Below are positions 33,822 through 43,227 of a stretch of 64,000 nt of DNA, piece by piece. Source of the stretch: Leidyana gryllorum EB-2025a (lineage: Eukaryota > Protista > Apicomplexa); assembly GCA_048772705.1 (NCBI GenBank), contig JBLWGC010000033.1, positions 248,001-312,000 on the forward strand, read 5' to 3'. Every line of letters starts with the position of its first letter. Position 1 is the stretch's first letter. A program made the translations under genes and the position numbers. The notes below the pieces were generated by a model. The model was not told the DNA's origin, made no database searches, and saw only the letters and a program-made list of their open reading frames with translations.

Positions 33822-35681
33822 TCACTTTCGCTCGAGCCCTTTGACCAAATTGTACACTTTGGCCAAAGCTGGATACTTCTCCTGCCAGTCCTCAGGGAGG
33901 AAACCGCAGTCTCCATTGTAGCTCAACTCGTAGGTCACATAGAAATCAATGTACGAAAGTTCATTGTCGACACAGTATCCTTCAGCAGATTGTTGCAAAG
34001 CCACAATCTTCTCCCACATGTCGAGTTGAACAAAGTATTCGGGCCTCAATTCAACCGCCTTGGCTCTCCTCTCATCACCAGCCGGCGCTGCGTAATGCTT
34101 CAACACTACTTTGTGCACGTTGGAGTGAACCGAGAAGATCGATAGAGCCTGAGCTCTGCCCTTCCAGGAACGAGGCATCATGTTGGTCAACTCGGCGACG
34201 TATTGCAGACAACCGATGATCTCATAGATTCGAAGGTCGCCAATGTCGAGGAAGGGAACCTGACCCGTCAACGATTGCGGCTTCACCTCAGTGAAGAAAG
34301 CCTTGAAGCCCACTCGGTGGTCTTCAAACTCAACGTTTCCATATTCCAATAGCTTCCGGATGTGCTCAGCGCGTCCCGGCAGCTCAAAGTAAGTGAGCTT
34401 CGGCTTGCAGACCACACCGCGGAATCGCTCCTTCTTCACTGCCGGATGATTCAGAATCAAATTAGTCACTTTGTTGCAACACGGCATCTCCTTCAGCAGG
34501 TTGGGAATAGTGCCATTCAAACCCTCCATGGCCAATACGCCCGCGAAAGCGACATAGCAGTCAGCGAATGACAATCTGTCACCGACCACGTATCCCTGAT
34601 GAGACTGACGCAGAGCCACTATCGACTCCAACCGCCGGAAAGCCGCCGGAAGTGTCTCCTCACGAGCCAACTTCTTGGCCGCCGCACCCTCCTCGGGAGT
34701 TGCAGCGTGCATTACACTGCGAACAATGGCTCCCACACCAGCCATCGACAACACAATGCTGTACGCGTGGGCAAAATCGTTGTCGCGGAACGGCGTCAAA
34801 CCAGTCATGCGTGCCACCGAGATGGCGATCGCACTCGACTCAGTCAACCACGTGCCGTCTCCGAGCTGAAGAGCGGGGAGGACACCTCCGGGGATGGTGG
34901 GCTTCATTGCAGGCCACTCAGCCTTCTCGACACGGATGTCCTCGTACTCGATTCCGCCAATGGCCAACATCCAACGGATGGGAGTTGCGATTCCCTCACC
35001 GTTGAAATAGTACAACTTGGGCTTCGTCGGACTGCTCTTCTTCAGATATGCAACCATACCGGGATGACCCAACACAGCCTTGTAGGCTCCAGCGATCTTG
35101 GGGAACTTCTCCTTCAGCACGGCAGCCGTCTCCGCATCGAGCTCAGACGCCAGCGCCAAGGTGTAATAGAGGGCAACATCGATGAATGACAGACGATCTC
35201 CCACGATCCAACCATTCGCGGAGGGATTGATGGTCGCCTCAATACGCCCGAAGATCACTGGAACGTTCTCTTTCCACAAAGCCTGCATCTTGGAGTAACG
35301 CTCTTCACGCGGAAGACTCGCAGGAACTATCGCGGTGCGGCTTTGAAGCTCCACCATCATCGACAGCACAGCCATACAGATATCCTGGTCACGAGGGTTC
35401 TCAGGGAAGAGTCCAGCTCGCTTCGCAGCGTATAGCACAATACTCTGTGACTCACATAGAATTTGGCCATCGACTTCGAGAATTGGGACCAAACCCGTGG
35501 GAGAGTACGCCTTGTACTTGGCTTCGAATTCGGCGTGATCCTTCACTCGTCTGTCAACAAAGTTGACATTGCCAAGGTTGAACAGAATGCGAATGGGTTC
35601 TGCCAGCCCCTTGACGTCAAAGTACGTCAGCACCGGAACACCTTCGCGTCTACGATGCATGTCGCCGGAAGTATGATGCAT
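33822..35681 (-). CDS. triple-domain GST, copy 6
   Basis: Units LTYFDVKGLAEPIR, LYYFNGEGIATPIR and LTYFELPGRAEHIR. First ATG at 35681. Confidence 0.92.
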   Translation of the reverse strand: MHHTSGDMHRRREGVPVLTYFDVKGLAEPIRILFNLGNVNFVDRRVKDHAEFEAKYKAYSPTGLVPILEVDGQILCESQSIVLYAAKRAGLFPENPRDQDICMAVLSMMVELQSRTAIVPASLPREERYSKMQALWKENVPVIFGRIEATINPSANGWIVGDRLSFIDVALYYTLALASELDAETAAVLKEKFPKIAGAYKAVLGHPGMVAYLKKSSPTKPKLYYFNGEGIATPIRWMLAIGGIEYEDIRVEKAEWPAMKPTIPGGVLPALQLGDGTWLTESSAIAISVARMTGLTPFRDNDFAHAYSIVLSMAGVGAIVRSVMHAATPEEGAAAKKLAREETLPAAFRRLESIVALRQSHQGYVVGDRLSFADCYVAFAGVLAMEGLNGTIPNLLKEMPCCNKVTNLILNHPAVKKERFRGVVCKPKLTYFELPGRAEHIRKLLEYGNVEFEDHRVGFKAFFTEVKPQSLTGQVPFLDIGDLRIYEIIGCLQYVAELTNMMPRSWKGRAQALSIFSVHSNVHKVVLKHYAAPAGDERRAKAVELRPEYFVQLDMWEKIVALQQSAEGYCVDNELSYIDFYVTYELSYNGDCGFLPEDWQEKYPALAKVYNLVKGLERK

Positions 35682-35755
35682 TGTGATAAGAGGACAGTAG
35701 AAAGGCACAAACTGAAGATTTAGGAGAGAAATACCGCAAAATCAAATTTTGGCAT

Positions 35756-35782
35756 TTGGGACATCGGTGTCCCAATTGGGAC
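35756..35782. promoter_or_regulatory. interlocked palindromes TTGGGACA-N4-TGTCCCAA-TTGGGAC upstream of GST copy 6
   Basis: Perfect 8-bp inverted repeat overlapping a perfect GTCCCAATTGGGAC palindrome, 75 nt upstream of the ATG. Confidence 0.65.
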
Positions 35783-35877
35783 TTTTTGCCATTTTCGGGA
35801 CGACTGCTCAGAGTTGTTGCTGCAGCGGCAATTACTTGACGGGGGCGGCTTCTAATATTATTACTATGTGATTTGAG

Positions 35878-37737
35878 CTAAGCATCGTAAACTGAAACTA
35901 GTAAAGGCTTTGTTTTCTGAGGGCGGGCGCTGGTCTGCTTATCGGTGGGGGAACGCAAAGCGAGTACGAGTTGGCGGTTCTTGGCAATTTTGGGGAAGCG
36001 ATTCTCCCAGCCATCCTGCAGCATCGTTCTGTAGATGGCCCAGTTGACTTCGTAGGCAAGATAGAAATCGATGTACGAGAGAGCGTTGCCAACGCAATAA
36101 CCTTCATCGCTCTGCTGGAGGCAGATCAGCTCTTCCACAGTATCGAGCTCAGAAGCGAATAGGGGTCTGTATTTGTCGAGGAGAGTGGGCAACTGCTCAG
36201 GCGATGCAACAGCGACTTGTCGCATGAAGCCCCGGCAATTGTTAAATGCACTAAAAATGGCCAGAGCATGTGCGTGTCCGAACAAGGATCTGGGAAGCAA
36301 GTTGGCTAGTTCGGCTGCGTAGGTTATGCAGCCGAAGACTTCGTATATTCTGTCTTGACCGATTTGTAGGAACGGCATCTTTCCGGTGGCACTCTCTGAT
36401 TTGAGGGAGGCGACCCACTGATCTCTGGGTACCAGGATATCCTCGAAATCAATTTGTGCGTATTTGAATAGCTGTCTGATAGATTCAGCTCGTCCAGATA
36501 CGGGGAAATAGTATAGTTGGGGTTTGGGGCTGTCTAGTTTGAGTCTCCTCTGCACTATGGGGTGAGACATGACCATTTGGTAGACTTGGGCGAGGTGGGG
36601 CCACTTGGATCGAATATCTTTGACATGAACGCCCCAAGGCTTCTGGAAGAGACAATGGAGGACGTTGGCCACAAGAAGGTCCACCCTGGTCAGCTTGTCC
36701 TCCACGATGTATCCCTGCCGAGACAGTGTCGAGCCCACCAAAACCTCGGCCTTGTCCAGCGAGGCGGGAAGATCGACCTCGCTGGCCGTCTTTGTGATGG
36801 TGTCTTTCTCCCACTCCGGGGCGAGATAGACATCTCTCATAATGTGTCCGTAAGACAACATAGCGGACTCGACCGCGCATGAGTGGTTGTACGCCTTCTC
36901 AGAACCGACCGGGGAGAGCACGTAATCCCGGTCAACCTGTTTCAAAATTGACAATGCGTCACGCGTAACATCTCCAGTCTCATGATCGTACAGTAGAGGC
37001 AGCATGGCCCCGCGATTTTGGATTTTGATCGCTGTCCATTCCTCACAAGTCACTCTCTCCTCACCGATTGCGACGCCGCATATGTCGAAAGCCCAACGAA
37101 TGGCATCCGAAATGCCGTCAAAGTCATGGTATTCGAGGGTATACAGCGGTTCCGTTCTACGGTCCTGAAACTCTCGCACAACCGGGAGTTCACTAACGTT
37201 GAGATAAAATATTTGACACGGTAGATACCACACGGCGGCAGAGACGTGTTGCGCCTCCTTACACTGTTTGAGGAAGCGATCGAAGGCGCAATAGAGTGCA
37301 ATGTCGGCGACGGTCATCTGATCTCCGAAAATGTAGCGATCTCTCTCCTTTGATGCTCGTCTCAGCAATGATGCAAGCCGCTGAAAGAGACTCTTAGTGA
37401 CAGTTGCGCCTTCCCCTTCCTGCTGCCACGCATCAATGGAAAGCGAGAAGACTTCACACAAACACGAGTGGATCGCTAAAGTCTCGGGACACTTGCAGAT
37501 AAAGTCTGGCCCCAAAGCCTGCTTCGCAACATACAGGAAAATTGCCTCGGGCTCCGTTATCAACTCGGTACCGACTTGGAGGGAGGGCAACGCTTGTGTG
37601 GACGGATGATTGATACTGACGGGGAGTATGGTGATGAGTGGTATTAGATATAGGTGGGAAGCGAGAAGGATCGTCTGCACCAATACAGGCGCAGTGTCTG
37701 CTCGAAGATGTCTGAAAACCACCTTGTCAGATGTCAT
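35878..37737 (-). CDS. triple-domain GST, copy 7, first domain degenerate
   Basis: Domain 1 retains only LPSLQV..ITEPEAI and MTVADI. Domain 2 is LEYHDFDGISDAIR and domain 3 is LYYFPVSGRAESIR. Confidence 0.85.
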   Translation of the reverse strand: MTSDKVVFRHLRADTAPVLVQTILLASHLYLIPLITILPVSINHPSTQALPSLQVGTELITEPEAIFLYVAKQALGPDFICKCPETLAIHSCLCEVFSLSIDAWQQEGEGATVTKSLFQRLASLLRRASKERDRYIFGDQMTVADIALYCAFDRFLKQCKEAQHVSAAVWYLPCQIFYLNVSELPVVREFQDRRTEPLYTLEYHDFDGISDAIRWAFDICGVAIGEERVTCEEWTAIKIQNRGAMLPLLYDHETGDVTRDALSILKQVDRDYVLSPVGSEKAYNHSCAVESAMLSYGHIMRDVYLAPEWEKDTITKTASEVDLPASLDKAEVLVGSTLSRQGYIVEDKLTRVDLLVANVLHCLFQKPWGVHVKDIRSKWPHLAQVYQMVMSHPIVQRRLKLDSPKPQLYYFPVSGRAESIRQLFKYAQIDFEDILVPRDQWVASLKSESATGKMPFLQIGQDRIYEVFGCITYAAELANLLPRSLFGHAHALAIFSAFNNCRGFMRQVAVASPEQLPTLLDKYRPLFASELDTVEELICLQQSDEGYCVGNALSYIDFYLAYEVNWAIYRTMLQDGWENRFPKIAKNRQLVLALRSPTDKQTSARPQKTKPLLVSVYDA

Positions 37738-37771
37738 CTTTCGTTCGTTTTACAATGGCAAAAAGTGACGA

Positions 37772-38398
37772 CTAAATAGAAGAAGCAGACTTTGAACGTG
37801 TGCGAGTGTAGAATTCCACGACTTTGGGATGATTCTTGATCATCCGATGAATTTGAGACAGCTTGGGAAAGTGGCGGTCAGTATGTGGTATTATTACGCC
37901 GAAGGGGTTGTCGTGAACAAACTCAATTGCTGCGTACACGAGAAGATCGGCCGGGGTTACAGTGTTACCCACACAATACCCTGTTGCGGTTACTGTTTTC
38001 TCTATCAAACATAACCCCTGATGAACCGTATTAATGGCAACAGGGACGCGAGCGGGTCTATCGGCAGGCGTAGCGCGTATAATCGGAACAACCGCTCCCG
38101 ATAAGGTGTCACACATTTGACAAATCTGTTCAGAGCGAAGAGCATGAAGGGGATCAGAGGGCTCGATTCCACTCTGACGCGCGGCATAATTCAGCATAGC
38201 TATGGGCTCAGCGAAACGCTGGCCATCCACCTCCAAGATCGGGAATGTACCCGTAGGCGACACGTGGGCATACTGTGGCATGTCGCATATGTCGAATCGG
38301 CGGTCCTCAATCTCCACATCCCCAAGCGCGAATGCAAGTCGTATCGCGTGAGCTCTCCCCGGCACATCGGCGTAGTACAGGATCGGGCTGGAGGACAT
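37772..38398 (-). CDS. single-domain sigma-like GST
   Basis: ILYYADVPGRAHAIR, GTFPILEVDG, GYCVGNTVTPADL. ATG at 38398. Confidence 0.88.
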   Translation of the reverse strand: MSSSPILYYADVPGRAHAIRLAFALGDVEIEDRRFDICDMPQYAHVSPTGTFPILEVDGQRFAEPIAMLNYAARQSGIEPSDPLHALRSEQICQMCDTLSGAVVPIIRATPADRPARVPVAINTVHQGLCLIEKTVTATGYCVGNTVTPADLLVYAAIEFVHDNPFGVIIPHTDRHFPKLSQIHRMIKNHPKVVEFYTRTRSKSASSI

Positions 38399-38430
38399 GG
38401 TTTGGGAGACAAAATTTTTCTTCCATCTGA

Positions 38431-39193
38431 TCAAGCTGACTGCATCTCAGCACAGAAATCCTCAACCCCAGCTGTCACGTCTGGATCCTCGTCGTTGTTC
38501 GGACGAGCGCGGCCTTCGTGGACGCCGCGGATCATCACGGCGACCAACAGATTCCGCAGAGTGCGTTGCAAAGCGGGATCGTTCCGGTTGAAAGCGTGTG
38601 CCGTGCGCGCCAGAGCTATCGCAGATTGGTAGTTCCCGGCCTCCTTGTGTCGCTCTATGTAGATCATCCACAGACGCAAGTCGCGTGGATTGCGCAAAAT
38701 GCACTGCAAAGTCACTCATCTTTCACCGAAAAATCACTCACCTGCCCCAGAAACGTATCCAACAAATGTTTGTTCGCTTTCCGACACAAGAACTCTATGA
38801 TCGTCAGCTCCAAATGCCCATCACTCGGACACACATTTCGAGCACGCAAAAGCAGGCGGTAGATCAACTTGAGCCACTCACTGAACACCTTATGGGCTCC
38901 TTCGGGCTGCCGAGACAGAAAAAATTCGGCTTGGCCAGCAGCTGACTCACCTTGACGGCGGGCCTCCTCAGTACACCGTGAACGGCGACCATATATGTGA
39001 TCCACTGAAGGTACGCTGACAACTTTTTGTCGGGTTCATTCAAGTTGTCTGCCACAGCTTGAAAGTGTCTCGAACGAGAGGCTATCAAAGCGGCCTGGTC
39101 CGAGGTCAGTAGTTCCAGCTCCACCGCACTATATAGAGCTCGCGCAATACGCCCCTCAATGGGCTGTCCCTGACTCCGCATCGCGATACTCAT
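38431..39193 (-). CDS. UTP6-like HAT-repeat U3 snoRNP protein (3 exons)
   Basis: Introns 38907..38950 and 38704..38741 join three ORFs. YLQWITY, LLLRARNVCPSD and NPRDLRLWMIY..ARTAHAFN resemble the Utp6 N-terminal and HAT pattern. Confidence 0.55.
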
Positions 39194-39972
39194 CTTGCCG
39201 TGGGCCAAAAAAAATTAAGACTCATCGGAACCACCAGTACAGTGATCTCATACCCACTCAGAGCTGCAATCTTATCGCTCCCCAACTGCAACTCCCGCCG
39301 TAACCAAATCACCACTTCTTCTAAGGCCTTCTGCGCAACGACCCAACCAATAATGAGCTGTGCAGACAGACACGATCTCCGTGCTCACCTGCATCGGTAA
39401 TTGACGATGATCCAATAAGTGAAACAGAACATTAGCCGTCTCCTGGGGCGATATCGCCGCGGCTACTTCGGATGGCGACAGAATCTGATAATCCCAAAAT
39501 AATACCCATTTCGCCTCCAAAACCGCCATACCAACAGGAAATGTTTGTAAACAGGGATCATATAATCGGCCGCTTCGGGGATAGGCGGCACACTCGTCTG
39601 AGACGGATCCCCTCCCGGCAACTTGACCGTCTTTGTTGTCTTCCGCTTCTCTGTCCCTGACAGCTTATCGCGGCTCGACCGCCGATGCGGCTGAGATATC
39701 CCGAACGGCAGATCGATAAAGTCGGGCACACTGACCAATCCCAGCTGATTAGCTGCGAAAAACCCGATACCTCGAGTCGTCTTGTACTCTGCGCGCGCCA
39801 TCAACAGCCGAATGATCGATCGATCGGGGCACAGCAGCCACAGCGTCACTCACTCAGCATCGGACTGTTCTTCAGCACACTCTCCAGCAAAGATTGACGC
39901 GTTTCATGATGAATCGGATCACCCACTCCGGTGTGTGCGTTCGATAGTTCAGGAGACACCATATGGTCCATC

Positions 39973-40608
39973 TCAGTTCCTGCGATGAAACCGTCGGAAT
40001 AATGGCCGCCACCGCCACTCACTCTGCCTCAGCTTCATTTTTTGATTTGCAATGATACGAGGGGCTTTCGTTTGGGCAGAGGCGGCGACCAGATTGGCAT
40101 TTTCCCCCAGCAGAGTATCCACATATTTGGTCACCGCTGCGTGCACTCGTTGATTCTCAGAAGACGATGCCATAGTGTGCATATGGGCTGAGAGAGACTT
40201 GGCCAACCCGACGCCCAATACTTCCTCGTGTGTGCCTCCTACATATATGGTAAAGTTGACCGCGGGGGAGGCGAGGGGCGAGTGCTCACGTTTTGGCAAT
40301 GGACGCGGCCCTTTGGAACTTCGTCGGCGATAGGCGAAACAAATGCTGTTGTTCCCAACAGTCGCAACTACACAAACATTGTGGGTGGGCACCATAATCC
40401 CGCTGGTCAGTACTACGCCCGAAGCAGCAAAAGCACTCGCAACTTCAGAGTTGCGGGTGGATGTGGCGATCCCGAAGAAACTCGTGGCAAAGTCTTCGAC
40501 CAATTCATTGTGAACAGTCTTGAGAGCGTCTCGGATGTGATCAGCGCTACGGAAAGTCTGAGACACGGCCTTTGATCGCGACGGATGGGATGCCGCGCCG
40601 TTGTCCAT
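39973..40608 (-). CDS. hypothetical protein
   Basis: ORF open to 40752, first ATG about 40608. May have further exons. Confidence 0.45.
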   Translation of the reverse strand: MDNGAASHPSRSKAVSQTFRSADHIRDALKTVHNELVEDFATSFFGIATSTRNSEVASAFAASGVVLTSGIMVPTHNVCVVATVGNNSICFAYRRRSSKGPRPLPKREHSPLASPAVNFTIYVGGTHEEVLGVGLAKSLSAHMHTMASSSENQRVHAAVTKYVDTLLGENANLVAASAQTKAPRIIANQKMKLRQSEWRWRPLFRRFHRRN

Positions 40609-41082
40609 CGTAAAGGTCGACAACGTCGCCAACAGACGGCGCGCGAAATAGAAAGGCACCCAGTCAGCGAGAAAGCCACCCTCCGGACCGAAGCCTCGAC
40701 ATAATGCCCAAAACTTCAGTCCATACCATTGAGCTCCGGCACTGAAGAGCACAAACTGATTGGCCCCGGGAGGTCCACTGGAACACTCTTTTCAACGGCG
40801 GTTAGACCTTTGGCGGAGAGATTATTAGCCTACCCGAAGTCCCGCAAGTGGTCGCATGCACATTGAAATCCAGAAAGAAAGTACTCGGGAGCTGCCGCCC
40901 CGGCGCAGTCACTGCTTCGAGGGGTCGACGCTAAAGCGGTTGATGGAAGAGGGGAGTCTGCGCTAGGCAGCGTCGCATACCGAAAAAGGACCGCAAGCCG
41001 ACGTTTGCTGACGGAAGGAACCAAAGACACAATAGGAGCCGTCGTGCTGATCAAAGGCGAAAGCGTTTCGGAGGAGATCAGC

Positions 41083-41451
41083 CTACGGATTACAGATGGA
41101 CAATGCCTGCCGTCGTCTTACATAGGTTGGATTCTTGGGCACTGGCGGGATGTGAGAGGGTAGGGGAGAGGACTCGGGAGATCCAGGGGGCTGCTGTGAG
41201 GGAGGTTGAGAGGGAGGTGGTTGGGTGGCCGTTCGAGCGTGTTGAAGGCGTTGCAGTAAACCCGAAGCATTGCTGATAGCTTGCTCGACTACGGAAGGTA
41301 CCCGGTCGGCAGGGCCAGCAGGTTCGATTCCTGTAGCTTGTGGGGGTGGTGTCTCGGGCGCTAGTGGCACAGCTGTGGGTACAATGGTCTGACTTGGGTC
41401 ACCCGTAAGGGCTGAGAATAATGTGTCGTCCAATAACCACTCATCTTTCAT
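41083..41451 (-). CDS. Pro-rich hypothetical protein, possibly the first exon of a longer gene
   Basis: MKDEWLLDDTLF followed by a Pro/Gln/Ser-rich ORF. Confidence 0.4.
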   Translation of the reverse strand: MKDEWLLDDTLFSALTGDPSQTIVPTAVPLAPETPPPQATGIEPAGPADRVPSVVEQAISNASGLLQRLQHARTATQPPPSQPPSQQPPGSPESSPLPSHIPPVPKNPTYVRRRQALSICNP

Positions 41452-41476
41452 AGGGCACAAAATCCAGTGATCAAAA

Positions 41477-42406
41477 ATGGTCCTCCCAGTACTAGCTATT
41501 GACGTGGATGAGGTGCTCGCTCAGTATCTCTATAGTGAGTTGCTCTCTCACTTCTCTGCCAATACCATTGCAGGTTGTAATGAATGGCATAACCGCATGT
41601 TTAACACCCATTATACATTAAGCGACTACAAATCGTGAGTCTCGCACACGTGTGTGTGTGTGTGTGTATGTGGGAGCCTGTCCAACATTCTGTGCGACTG
41701 CAGCTATACGTTCTGTGAAACGTGGGGATGCTCAGACGATGAAGCGCGGAAGCGCGTGTATGGTGAGTGGTAGTGCACGCGAGCGGGTGACGTCACATTG
41801 CCGGACAGCTTTCTATAAGTCTGCCGAGTTTGAGAACCTTCCAGTGGTGCCAGGGGCCATCGAAGCCGTGGAAGCGCTCTCAAAGTACTTCACACTCGTA
41901 GTCGTGACCTCGCGACAAGAGTTCATCCGAGATGTCACGATCAAATGGTTGAATTCCCATTTTGGCCCAACACGCTTCAAAGAAGTGCTCTTTGGAAACG
42001 TATGGGTTCCCGAGGCTGGAGCCAAGCGGAGGTCAAAAGGAGAGATGTGTAAATCGGTAAACGCAATCGCCCTCATTGACGATCTCCCGTGTTATGTTTA
42101 CGACGTCGCCCAAGTAAGTTACAACGGCTTCTGCTGGCCCTATCAGCTGTGTATCAGAGAGGCATAATTCCCATACTCTTCGACCGAGATGGGGCACAGG
42201 GCTGGTCAAAGATACCGTCTGCCCGAATTCCAATGATACCAAACCTTAACATATGTCGCTCTTGGGAGGAAGTGGTCCAAGTCTGTCAACCATTGAGACA
42301 ACCCGAAGAGCAACTGATGCCGATCAACTCGGCTGACGCGGAGGAGAAGAGAGAAGAAGCCCCCGTGGCTGAACCCAAGGAGACCATTGAAGTCAGAGCA
42401 GTTTAG
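41477..42406 (+). CDS. HAD-family 5'(3')-deoxyribonucleotidase-like protein, copy A (about 5 exons)
   Basis: HAD motifs I-IV: AIDVDEVL, VVTSRQ, K, LIDD. Also PVVPGA and SWEEV. Exons are linked by short GT-AG introns. Confidence 0.82.
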
Positions 42407-42434
42407 ACTACTGCTTTGTCAGAAAAAATTCGTC

Positions 42435-43227
42435 ATGCGACCTGTAATAGCCGTTGACTGCGATGATGTGCTCTGCCGCTACAAAGAGAGGCTTTGTGAT
42501 TGGCGGAATGCTCAAAGTGGATCCAGTTGGGCTGTGACAGACTGTCCTTAGTAAGTGAATCCCTATTCTTTTTTCATCAACAAGCTCCCTCAGCTTCAGT
42601 ATAACTGACCATTGGAATGTTGAACTGGATGACGCCTACAAAATCATCGATGGTACACACTATCTTTTCTCCCTTGACGTGTGCCAATCCCGCCATCCTC
42701 ATCAGATTTCTTTCATTCACCTGAAATCGAGAATCTGGAAGTCATCCCGGGAGCAGTGGAAGCTCTGAGGGTCCTCAGTCAGTATTGCGATATCTATGTG
42801 GTCACGAGCCGCCAGAGCTGGACAGAGGAGCTCACCATCAGATGGATCAAGAAGCATTTCGGTGAAGACATCTTCAAAGGTTACTTGTTTGGCAACGCGT
42901 TTGTCAAGGGGGAACCATCCAGGACGAAGAGTACTATGTTGAAGGAGATAGGTGCTTTGACTCTGATAGATGATCAGGCCCATCATTTGATTGATGCAAT
43001 CAATAACGCCGTAAGTGGAACCGATTCTGGTGGGGCGGCGCCTTATATATATGATGGGATCTGTGCAGGGTGTAAAACGGCCTATTCTGTTCAATTGGGC
43101 ATCGCGGCACCCCTGGGCAAGACTGCCATCTGATGCCGATGGCCAAGCCATTGCACTTTGCACTTCCTGGGAACAGATCGTCGCCGAGGTCATGAACATC
43201 ATTGGTGTCTTATCTCAACAGATCTGA
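42435..43227 (+). CDS. HAD-family 5'(3')-deoxyribonucleotidase-like protein, copy B (about 4 exons)
   Basis: AVDCDDVL, VIPGAVEAL, VVTSRQ, LIDD, SWEQI. Confidence 0.82.

Noticed and set aside
39200-39970. Possible spliced gene between the UTP6-like gene and the 39973 ORF
   Set aside because: No consistent exon chain or motif could be built on either strand.
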